Assembly (NCBI GenBank): GCA_041687095.1
Contig: JAWLCQ010000100.1
Coordinates: 1-16,613 of the forward strand
Direction: 5' to 3'
Source of the DNA: Phycisphaerae bacterium
Lineage (GTDB): Bacteria > Planctomycetota > Phycisphaerae > SM23-33
DNA length: 16,613 nucleotides
A program made the translations under genes and the position numbers. Shown here piece after piece: positions 1 through 6,681 of the stretch (position 1 is its first letter; the number at the start of each line of letters is the position of its first letter). The notes beneath the pieces were generated by a model that saw only the letters and a list, made by a program, of their open reading frames with translations, did no database searches and was not told the DNA's origin.

Positions 1-91
1 GTGGTAAGCCGGCTTCCTCACTACGGGATCACCAACGGGCGCGGACGATGCGCGGTCCCTGCGCGCTGGCCGTAGTCGGGAGCCGTTTGAA

Positions 92-193
92 CCACCGACG
101 CGGGGTCGGTGGGGAAAAGACGAAGAGGCAAGAGAACCATGGGGCCTGTGAGTAGTCAATAGCCGCCTTCCACCGACGCGGGGTCGGTGGGGA
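92..193. repeat. Two copies of a 24-nt palindromic unit ccaccgacgcggggtcggtgggga (92-115 and 170-193, period 78 bp). Each folds as an 8-bp stem CCACCGAC/GTCGGTGG with a 5-nt loop. REP-like or terminator-like hairpins; a CRISPR remnant is not excluded.
   Basis: The 24-mer is identical at both sites and the inverted-repeat core was verified by reverse-complementing the sequence. The flanks differ between copies. The same CGAC...GTCG core recurs in hairpins at 15424 and elsewhere. Confidence 0.5.
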
Positions 194-571
194 GGTCCGG
201 GCGGCGGGCGTCTCTCCCATGTCCCCGACCGCACTGCGGGGACAGTCTCCAATCTCCACTTGGAGCGGCCACCTCAATGGGAGATTGGAAAAGCGCAATT
301 GGTAACCGCTCACGTCTTTGCATGCGACGACAGCAGCCTGAACAACGGCCGGAGAGAAGGGGATTACACAGATTTCTGGATTACACCGAAGAGAGAGAAG
401 AGCGGTGTTCTTCTCCTCAATCTGTGCAATCTCATCTTCTGCGTAATCCCTTTCTTCGGGGCTGTTTCTTCTGCCCAGGCCTTTCCGCTTTCGGCGGACC
501 TTCGGCGGATTTGCGAAGGCATGAACGGTTATGGCAATTGGAAGTGATTCGCGGGCAGAGCCGGCGCAACC

Positions 572-1558
572 CTACACGCGCTCGGAGTCCGCCTCGGGGT
601 CGGGCTCGACGTGGACGATGACCTGCGAGACCTCGGGGACCTTCTCCTGCACGCGGTCGCGGACGGCCGTCGCGATGTCATGGCCGGCGGCGACGCTGAG
701 TTGGGGGTCGACCTGGACGTGGATGTCCATCTCGACGCGGCCGCCGCTCTGGCGGGCGCGGACCGCGTGGTAGCCGCGCACCCCCCGGGTATCGACGACG
801 GCGCGTTCGATGCTCTCGATGACGTCGCGCCCGGGGGCGCGGTCGACGAGTTCGGCGGCGGCGGCGTGCATGATGCCGATGGCGACGATGACAAGGAACG
901 CCCCGAGGACGACGGCGGTGACGGAGTCGAGGAATGCCCAGCGGGGGCCCCCGAACTCGACGGCCGCCAGGCCGATGGCGGCGGCGACGGAGGTGACGGC
1001 GTCGGAGCGGTGGTGCCACGCGTTCGCCCGCAGGGAGACGTTGCCCGTTCGCTGGCCCACGTAGCGGGTGATGCGGAACAGGACCTCCTTCACCGGGACC
1101 GACAGCAGCGCCAGGGCGAAGGGCAGCCCGGCGGCGATGGGCGCGGTGGGCTGCTGCAGGGCGTGGACGGCGTCGTAGATGATCCACCCCGCCGCCGCCA
1201 GCAGGACCAGGCCCACGAACATCGACGTGAGCGTTTCGAGCCTGCGGTGCCCGTAGGGGTGGCAGGCGTCGGGGGGTTTGCGGGCGGCCTGGAGGCCGGC
1301 GAGGACGGCGACGTCGGTGACCAGGTCGGACCCCGAGTGCAGCCCGTCGGCGAGGATGGCACGGGAGTGCAGGAGGCTCCCGGCCAACACCTTCGCCACC
1401 GCCAGGGCCGCATTGGCCCCCAGACCAATCCAGGTCACCCCCTCCGCCGTCACGCGTGCGGGCCACGTTGTGCGCTCAGTGGTCATGCGGGAGGATTCTA
1501 TCCGTCGGCCGTGCCCCGCGACACCGGGAATTCCGACTTCGGGCCGGGTGCGGATCAT
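572..1558 (-). CDS. Cation diffusion facilitator (CDF) family divalent-metal efflux transporter (CzcD/FieF-like), about 328 aa.
   Basis: TM-rich N-terminus carries the CDF signature ...LHSRAILADGLHSGSDLVTD... A cytoplasmic C-terminal domain follows (...GYHAVRARQSGGRVEMDIHVQVDP...). I chose the start at ATG 1558 because it overlaps the upstream ORF's TGA in an ATGA junction. ATG 1486 and an upstream ATG at 1621 are alternatives. Confidence 0.85.
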   Translation of the reverse strand: MIRTRPEVGIPGVAGHGRRIESSRMTTERTTWPARVTAEGVTWIGLGANAALAVAKVLAGSLLHSRAILADGLHSGSDLVTDVAVLAGLQAARKPPDACHPYGHRRLETLTSMFVGLVLLAAAGWIIYDAVHALQQPTAPIAAGLPFALALLSVPVKEVLFRITRYVGQRTGNVSLRANAWHHRSDAVTSVAAAIGLAAVEFGGPRWAFLDSVTAVVLGAFLVIVAIGIMHAAAAELVDRAPGRDVIESIERAVVDTRGVRGYHAVRARQSGGRVEMDIHVQVDPQLSVAAGHDIATAVRDRVQEKVPEVSQVIVHVEPDPEADSERV

Positions 1559-1926
1559 GTGTCGGCGTAGGGGGAGGAGGGACGCATGACGTAGCGCGCG
1601 CCGTCCTGGCGGGCGGACCATTTGACCTCGTCGTCATACCCGCCCCGCGACGCCTCCCCCCGCCACTCCGTCTTCACGTGCCCGTGGTGATGGTAGACGT
1701 TGCAGGCGTTGCACTTGACGGTCTCGTCCAGGTGAGCCCCCTCGTACCGTCCCAGCCGCTCCCGTAGCATACGGAGTTGCTGGACGACCTCCGCCACCTC
1801 CGCCCCGGCCGCCTCGGAGGCATCCGCCTCTCCGGTGCGGCGATAGCGCATGCTGCCGAACGTCTGGATGGCATCGTCCAGGGCACGAAGGCACATGTCG
1901 TAGCACATGGCAAATCTCCCGTTCAT
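1555..1926 (-). CDS. Small hypothetical Cys/His-rich protein (about 123 aa) with a CxxxC...CxxC pair and an HHHGH run. Putative metal-binding partner of the CDF exporter.
   Basis: Protein-like composition, unlike the Arg/Pro/Gly-rich shadow ORFs around it. Motifs are MCYDMC and CNACNVYHHHGH. Its stop overlaps the CDF start in ATGA (1555-1558). The ORF-track start is TTG 1932; the first ATG is at 1926. Confidence 0.5.
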   Translation of the reverse strand: MNGRFAMCYDMCLRALDDAIQTFGSMRYRRTGEADASEAAGAEVAEVVQQLRMLRERLGRYEGAHLDETVKCNACNVYHHHGHVKTEWRGEASRGGYDDEVKWSARQDGARYVMRPSSPYADT

Positions 1927-1991
1927 CTGCAAGGCCAGGGAAAGGGGACGGGCTGCACCGTCGTCCGGCGGGGCTGCCCTCGAAACCGGGT

Positions 1992-3314
1992 TTATGTCTG
2001 CTTTCCGCGCAGCCGCCGCATGATGGCCATGTACTGCCGTTTACGGGCAGCGAAGGCGGCGTCGTGGTACAGGTCGCCGAACAGGTCGTACAGGCCCCGG
2101 CGGAGCTGCTCGCGCGTCATGCCGCGCGGCTCGTAGGTCACGTCGAACAGCGTGCAGCGGTCCCAGAACGGAGGCGGATCCAGGCGGCCCTCGCGTTGCA
2201 GGCGGGCGTACAGCGGCGTGCCCGGAAAGGGCGTCAGGACCGTCACCTGGATCTCCAGCGGCTCGGCGGCGGCGACGAAACGGCGGATGTCGTCGAAGAC
2301 TTCGGGGGTGTCCCCGTCGAGTCCGACGATGAAGCACGTGTTCACCGTCACGCCCGTGTCCTGGATGCGGCGGACGGCGTCGACGTACCGATCCGCCTGC
2401 CGCGCCTTCCATCCCGTGGACTCCACCCGCTCCAGCCGTTCGCACGACAGGCTCTCCAAGCCGATAAGCAACTGGTAGCACCCGCTCGCCCGCAGGTCGC
2501 GCAGCAACTCGGGCTGATCGGCGACGGAGAGGTCGGTCTCGGCGAACCAGCGGAGGCCCAGCGGGCCGATCCGCTCGATGAACTCGCGCGACCAGCGGGG
2601 ATCGACGAAGAGGTTGTCGTCGGCGAACTCGATAAAGGGCCTCTCCCAGATCTCGCACACCGCATCGAGTTCGCGGTGGACCTGATCCACGGTCTTCTGG
2701 CGGTAGCCCGGCCCGTACAGCCGCGAGCCCGCGCAGAACTCGCAGCAGTGCGGGCACCCGCGCGAGGTCTGCACGGGGATGCGGTTGTAGTTCTCCGGAT
2801 CCAGGAGGTCGAATCGCGGAACGGGCGCGGTCCGCAGGTCGTACGGCTCGCCTCCCTGGCATCCGTAGGTCCGCTGGAGCGTCCCGCGGGCGAGGTCGGT
2901 CATCACGCGGGGCCAGTGGGGTTCCGCTTCCCCGAGGACGACGGCGTCGGCGTGCTGGAGGGCCTCCGCGGGAAGGGCCGTCACGTGCGGCCCGCCCAGG
3001 ATCACCCGCGTGCCCTGGCGGCGGAGGTGGTCGGCGAGGGCGTAGGCCTCGTGGATCTGAGCGGAGTAGGAGGAGATGGCGGCGACGTCGTAGGGGGGGA
3101 GGCGGCGGAGGTTGAGATCGTCGATGTGGGGGATCTCGGCGTAGTCGAGTTCGACGCCGGGGGGCGTGAGGGCGGCGAGGGTGAGGAGCGAGAGGCTCGG
3201 CAGGGAGGCGATGACGTGCCCGCGGGCGAGGAAGCCCGGCAGGGTCACACCCAGCCACGCCAGTTCCGGGTCGATCACCCGCACCCCGCTCATCGCCAGC
3301 AGCCCCAGGTGCAC
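1992..3314 (-). CDS. B12-binding-domain radical SAM enzyme (class B radical SAM), 440 aa.
   Basis: CxxxCxxC cluster in ...TSRGCPHCCEFCAGS.... The N-terminal region is a Rossmann-like B12-binding domain (RVILGGPHVTALPAEAL...). The length is typical of the family. Confidence 0.85.
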   Translation of the reverse strand: MHLGLLAMSGVRVIDPELAWLGVTLPGFLARGHVIASLPSLSLLTLAALTPPGVELDYAEIPHIDDLNLRRLPPYDVAAISSYSAQIHEAYALADHLRRQGTRVILGGPHVTALPAEALQHADAVVLGEAEPHWPRVMTDLARGTLQRTYGCQGGEPYDLRTAPVPRFDLLDPENYNRIPVQTSRGCPHCCEFCAGSRLYGPGYRQKTVDQVHRELDAVCEIWERPFIEFADDNLFVDPRWSREFIERIGPLGLRWFAETDLSVADQPELLRDLRASGCYQLLIGLESLSCERLERVESTGWKARQADRYVDAVRRIQDTGVTVNTCFIVGLDGDTPEVFDDIRRFVAAAEPLEIQVTVLTPFPGTPLYARLQREGRLDPPPFWDRCTLFDVTYEPRGMTREQLRRGLYDLFGDLYHDAAFAARKRQYMAIMRRLRGKQT

Positions 3315-3317
3315 GGT

Positions 3318-3725
3318 TCACCCTCCCCGCGACAGCAGAAGGATCCAGCCCCACACCTGGATCGCCACGCCGAGCGTGACGCAGGAGGCGGGAATTGGAA
3401 ACAGGTACTTGCACGGTTCCCGCCACGCGGAGAGCAGGCACACAAGGGGCATGAGAAGAGCCCCGGCGATCATGGCCAGGCCCCCGACGGGGAGAGCCCA
3501 CGGCGGAAGGAGGCCCAGTCGCGGACCGCACACGCCGTACAGCACATTGATGATCCCCAAGGCGAAGGCCGCCACGTGACCGAGGCGCATCGCCTGCCGA
3601 CGGAAGCTGCCGTATCCGCCCGCCCAGTGGCGGTCGGCGGCCCAGAGCCCGAAGGTCATCCCCAGCAGGGCCCCCAATCCCATCCCGCACCAGCCGACGG
3701 CAATGTTCCACGATGCGACGTTCAT
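3318..3725 (-). CDS. Small integral membrane protein (about 4 predicted TM helices, 135 aa), function unknown. Immediately upstream of and probably co-transcribed with the radical SAM gene.
   Basis: Hydrophobic helices rich in G/A/L/W. Its stop at 3318-3320 lies 3 nt from the radical SAM ATG at 3314. Confidence 0.55.
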   Translation of the reverse strand: MNVASWNIAVGWCGMGLGALLGMTFGLWAADRHWAGGYGSFRRQAMRLGHVAAFALGIINVLYGVCGPRLGLLPPWALPVGGLAMIAGALLMPLVCLLSAWREPCKYLFPIPASCVTLGVAIQVWGWILLLSRGG

Positions 3726-3897
3726 GCTCCCGCCTTTCCCGTTCGTCTGGTCGGAGTCTACCGCGCTGTCCGCCCCGTGGGAAGGGGACGCGGGGCGCTG
3801 CGTACCCAGATCGATTTCCAGTCGCCAAAGTCCAATGGAGCTGACGCCCTGACGAGGTCCCGTTGCCCCGCGGATCCTGCGGTGCGTGCGGGACGAC

Positions 3898-3964
3898 GGA
3901 CGCCAAATGGCAAGCCACGGTCAGATCCTGTTCGCGGTCTTCCCCGGGCTTGCCATTTGGCGTC
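3898..3964. promoter_or_regulatory. Perfect 19-bp inverted repeat ggacgccaaatggcaagcc / ggcttgccatttggcgtcc with arms 29 bp apart, in the divergent intergenic region between the 4-TM gene and hicB. Candidate operator, terminator or small RNA hairpin.
   Basis: Reverse-complement identity of the two arms was checked by eye. It lies in the 360-bp non-coding gap between divergently transcribed genes. Confidence 0.4.
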
Positions 3965-4086
3965 CGTCCGTCCCCCGCGAACCCGCAGCAGATGCGCGGA
4001 ACATGATGCGCGCGGAACGTTGTCTCCATCACCGCCTGGTGGTTAGACTGATCCGTAGGATTTACCGCTGAGCGTGGAGGTGCACT

Positions 4087-4287
4087 TTGAAGCAACTGCA
4101 GCAGAACATGACGATGATCTACTGGAAGGGCGAGACGCACTGGGTAGGCAAACTGCTGGAGCACCCCGAGATCATGACCCAGGGCGAAACGCTGGGGGAA
4201 CTCGAGGAGAACCTCCGAGACGCCTACCGCATGATGGTCCTTGAGGATGTGCCCGAAGACCACCACACGAAGGCCATCGCGATATGA
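4087..4287 (+). CDS. hicB: Short HicB-family (UPF0150/RNase-H-like fold) antitoxin, 66 aa.
   Basis: ...IYWKGETHWVGKLLEHPEIMTQGETLGELEENLRDAYRMMVLED... matches the short HicB pattern (hhhh-dg-W-a-v-elPg-v-tqG-TleEa-eNl-eA). TTG start at 4087 lies 6 nt after a GGAGG at 4076-4080. Internal ATGs at 4108 and 4114 are alternatives. Confidence 0.6.
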   Translation: MKQLQQNMTMIYWKGETHWVGKLLEHPEIMTQGETLGELEENLRDAYRMMVLEDVPEDHHTKAIAI

Positions 4288-4465
4288 AGCGAAAGAGTTC
4301 GTCCACCGCCTCTCCCGGGACGGTTGCGTGCTCCTTCGCTCCGGGGGCAGACATGACATCTACCTCCATCCCAAGACGGGGCGGAAGCAACCGGTTCCCC
4401 GGCACGTGGAGATCGACGACGCCCTTGCACGACACATCCGCAAGTTCCTGGGCCTGGAACCGTAG
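4241..4465 (+). CDS. hicA: HicA-family mRNA-interferase toxin (YcfA-like). The canonical ATG (4284) is out of frame. The body is readable only from TTG 4241 or ATG 4247 inside hicB. Possible frameshifted pseudogene or start-shifted gene.
   Basis: Body ...KEFVHRLSRDGCVLLRSGGRHDIYLHPKTGRKQPVPRHVEIDDALARHIRKFLGL matches the HicA consensus (GSH...HP...vPrH...lkqlgl). The hicB TGA overlaps ATG 4284 in ATGA. A 1-nt indel in the A-run around 4292-4294 separates that ATG from the HicA frame. Confidence 0.55.
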   Translation: MRMCPKTTTRRPSRYEAKEFVHRLSRDGCVLLRSGGRHDIYLHPKTGRKQPVPRHVEIDDALARHIRKFLGLEP

Positions 4466-4487
4466 CAAAGATTTCTTCCGAATCCAC

Positions 4488-4516
4488 TTGCCTTTTCGCC
4501 AAAGCGCGCAATACTA
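4488..4516 (+). promoter_or_regulatory. Weak sigma70-like promoter candidate TTGCCT-N17-ATACTA in an AT-richer stretch about 215 bp upstream of pspA1.
   Basis: Hexamer spacing is 17 nt. This is a local AT-rich island in a 70% GC background. Motif-level guess only. Confidence 0.2.
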
Positions 4517-4621
4517 CAATTAGATACGCATGCTTCTGATGCGCTCCGGTCCGCTCGTGGGGGCGGAACTGCCGGGGCGCTTCGGGCGATGAGAAGGGCC
4601 GCGACGGTCGAAGTTTCTCCC

Positions 4622-4657
4622 GCTGATAGCTGATAGCTAACGGCGGATGGCTGAGAG
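4622..4657 (+). repeat. Array of 7-bp units GCTGATA GCTGATA GCTAACG GCGGATG GCTGAGA upstream of pspA1.
   Basis: Period-7 repetition read directly from the sequence. The same unit recurs in direct and inverted arrays at 5677-5778. Confidence 0.6.
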
Positions 4658-4731
4658 CTTCCTCCCTCCCGCCCTTCGTCGCCGGTGATCTCCGCCCCAG
4701 GGCGGGGAGCCTAGCAGAGAGGAGCACTGTC

Positions 4732-5460
4732 ATGGGGCTGTTTGCACGTCTACACCGCATCACTGTGGGCCGCGTCGAGGCCTTCCTTGCGCGCGCCGAG
4801 GACCCCGAGATCATCTTCCCCCAACTCGTCCGCGAGATGGAGGACCAGTTGCGCCTCGCGACCGACGCCGAGGCCAAGGCCGCCGCGGCCGTCAAGGCCG
4901 CCCAGCGCGACCTCCGCACCGCCGCCGAGAGCGGGCAGCGCATGCACCGCGGGGCCGCCCTCGCCCTCCAGCAGGGCGACGAGGCCACCGCCCGCAAGGC
5001 CCTCGCCGCCCAAATCGACGCCGAACGCTCCGCCGCCCAGGCCCACGACGCCGTCGGCGGCGCCGAGGCCACCCGACTCCAGGCGGAAGGGGCGCGGCAG
5101 CAGATCCAGCGCCAACTGGAGGAGCTGCGCTCCAAGCGCAACGAGATCCTCACCCGCTCCCGCGTCGCCCAGACCCGCCAGAAGATCCAGCGGACCGTCG
5201 GGGGCTCGGCCGGGACGACCGACACCATCCTCGACGCCGTCGCCCGCCTGGAGGCCGGGGTCGAGGAGGTCGAGGCCGAACTGGAGATCCAGTCCCGCCT
5301 CACGGGCGGACCGGCGACGGGCCCGTCGCTGGAGGCCAGGCTCTCGGAACTCGAGGGCCAGGCCCAGATCGAATCCCGCCTCGCCGAGTTGCGGCGGAGC
5401 GTGGAAGGCGAGGGCGACAGCGCGCCCGCGGTGGCGGAAGCGGCATCCGAAACCCAGTGA
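4732..5460 (+). CDS. pspA: PspA/IM30/Vipp1 family protein (phage-shock protein A-like, ESCRT-III superfamily), 242 aa. Paralog 1.
   Basis: N-terminus MGLFARLHRITVGRVEAFLARAEDPE...LVREMEDQL matches the PspA family N-terminal helix (E. coli PspA [27 protein letters not shown]...IQEMEDTL). Long coiled-coil body. GAGGAG RBS lies 7 nt upstream of the ATG. Confidence 0.9.
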   Translation: MGLFARLHRITVGRVEAFLARAEDPEIIFPQLVREMEDQLRLATDAEAKAAAAVKAAQRDLRTAAESGQRMHRGAALALQQGDEATARKALAAQIDAERSAAQAHDAVGGAEATRLQAEGARQQIQRQLEELRSKRNEILTRSRVAQTRQKIQRTVGGSAGTTDTILDAVARLEAGVEEVEAELEIQSRLTGGPATGPSLEARLSELEGQAQIESRLAELRRSVEGEGDSAPAVAEAASETQ

Positions 5461-5488
5461 TCTTCCTGCGTCCCGCGCGTCCACAACG

Positions 5489-5509
5489 CCCCCGGACTGC
5501 GTCCGGGGG
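5489..5509 (+). terminator. GC-clamp hairpin CCCCCGGAC-tgc-GTCCGGGGG (9-bp perfect stem) 28 nt after the pspA1 stop. Probable intrinsic terminator. A similar hairpin lies at about 5571-5592.
   Basis: Perfect inverted repeat followed by a tgtcgtgg tract. Position is immediately 3' of the CDS. Confidence 0.45.
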
Positions 5510-5676
5510 GTGTCGTGGCCAGCCACGGTCCTGGGAATAGGGGGACCGGGCGCTTCGGTGACGGAGCGCACCCCCCTGATGCAGTCCGGGGGGCGTTGGG
5601 CGCCGGGGCGCGTTACAACCCGTGCGGAAACAACATGAACGGTCCAGCAGCCACGAGAGCAGAGTTGAAGCCTTTG

Positions 5677-5778
5677 GCTATCAGCTATCAGCTGTCAGCT
5701 AACAGCTTTCAGCAGACTTGTCTGGATTCTCCTCGCTCCTCGCTGATCGCTGATCGCTGATCGCTGAAAGCCGATAGC
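5677..5778. repeat. Large imperfect palindrome built from heptamer arrays. (TCAGCTN)x5 at 5677-5716 and (GCTGATC)x3-5 at 5742-5778 face each other across a 25-bp centre.
   Basis: Units were read directly. The left array is the reverse complement of the right array and of the 4622-4657 array. Confidence 0.6.
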
Positions 5779-5996
5779 TTGTCGGATCGCTGTTCAGGTT
5801 GTTCCTGCGGAGCGCCTGACCCGGATCTGTCCGGGGACGCCGAAACGTCTCCTGGTGGGTCTGGAGTCGGAGACATTTGAGACTGCTGACTTGATTCTGA
5901 ACCATCCGTCCCGTATGGGAATATCGTACGGCGGCGGCCAGGCACCGGCTGAAGGGCCCCCCGTGGGCGAGGCGGCCGGTGGGAAAGGGCGGAAGC

Positions 5997-6668
5997 ATGT
6001 CCATCTTTGAACGCATTCAACGCATCGCCAAGGCCAACGTGAACTGGCTGCTCGACCGGGTCGAGCCGCCCGAGCAGGAACTCGAGTCCCGCATCCGTGA
6101 GCTGGAACAGGCCCTTCGGGAGGGCCGCGAGTGCGCCGCCACCTACGGGGCCACCTTCCGCCGCATGGAACGCGAGCAGGAGCAGCTCCGCCTGCAGCAG
6201 GCCCAGTGGCAGCAGCGGGCGCAGCAGGCGGTGGCGGGCGGGGACGACGACACCGCCCGCCGCGCCCTGGGCGAGAAGGTCCGCCTGGGCGAGCGCGTGG
6301 CCAACCTCACCCCCGGGATCGAGCAGGGCCGCCGAACGTACGACCAACTCCGCGACAACCTCGCCAAGCTCCAGGACCAGCTCCGCGGGGCGAAGCTCAA
6401 GCTCGAGGAACTCCGCTCCCGCCGCCGCACCGCCGAAGCCCAGAAGGCCTTCGGGCAGCACCTCGACGGGGCGCTGGGCGCCGCGGACGGGGCCGCCTTC
6501 GAACGCCTCGAGGACACCGTCCTTCAGACCGAGGCCGAGGTCGAAGTCGCCGACGAGATCCGCGGAACCGCCCTGCTGGACGCGGACCTGGAGCAACGCT
6601 CGCGCGACCTGCAGGTCGACGCCGAACTCCGCGCCCTCAAGGCCGAGTTCGACGGGGACGAACGCTGA
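5997..6668 (+). CDS. PspA/IM30/Vipp1 family protein, paralog 2 (about 223 aa). A different subfamily from paralogs 1 and 3.
   Basis: MSIFERIQRIAKANVNWLLDRVEPPE... is the PspA N-terminal amphipathic helix motif, followed by a coiled-coil body. The ATG is at ORF-track 5979+18. The in-frame GTG at 5979 is a less likely start. Confidence 0.85.
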   Translation: MSIFERIQRIAKANVNWLLDRVEPPEQELESRIRELEQALREGRECAATYGATFRRMEREQEQLRLQQAQWQQRAQQAVAGGDDDTARRALGEKVRLGERVANLTPGIEQGRRTYDQLRDNLAKLQDQLRGAKLKLEELRSRRRTAEAQKAFGQHLDGALGAADGAAFERLEDTVLQTEAEVEVADEIRGTALLDADLEQRSRDLQVDAELRALKAEFDGDER

Positions 6669-6681
6669 AAGGACTCGTGCC

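Noticed and set aside
92-193. CRISPR array call
   Set aside because: Only two copies are present and their flanking repeat portions are not conserved. No third copy appears at the expected phase in 1-90. The hairpin core matches a REP-like family found elsewhere in the window. I kept it as a low-confidence hypothesis in the findings only.
29-621. ORFs 29-313 (-), 187-621 (+) and 260-547 (+) at the left edge
   Set aside because: The minus ORF simply translates the palindromic repeat twice (SPPTPRRW x2). The plus ORFs are Arg/Pro-rich or cross a composition break. The region is better explained as non-coding, either repeats plus a possible ncRNA or a leader.
611-1570. Plus-strand 319-aa and minus 678-1466 ORFs over the CDF gene
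   Set aside because: Their Gly/Asp/Arg/Pro-rich translations lack motifs. The minus-strand frame encoding the CDF signature is clearly the real gene.
3886-4071. 61-aa plus-strand ORF in the rSAM/hicB intergenic region
   Set aside because: It overlaps the 19-bp inverted repeat, has no RBS or motif, and its composition looks like chance.
2041-4359. 772-aa minus ORF and a 2064-4046 660-aa plus ORF spanning the rSAM region
   Set aside because: Both translate to Arg/Pro/Gly-rich sequence with no motifs. They overlap the well-supported radical SAM and membrane-protein genes in other frames and run across an intergenic region.
4224-5486. 420-aa minus-strand ORF and the 4742-5638 and 4750-5571 ORFs overlapping pspA1
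   Set aside because: These are alternate-frame or antisense readings of the PspA gene with Ala/Ser/Arg/Pro low-complexity products.
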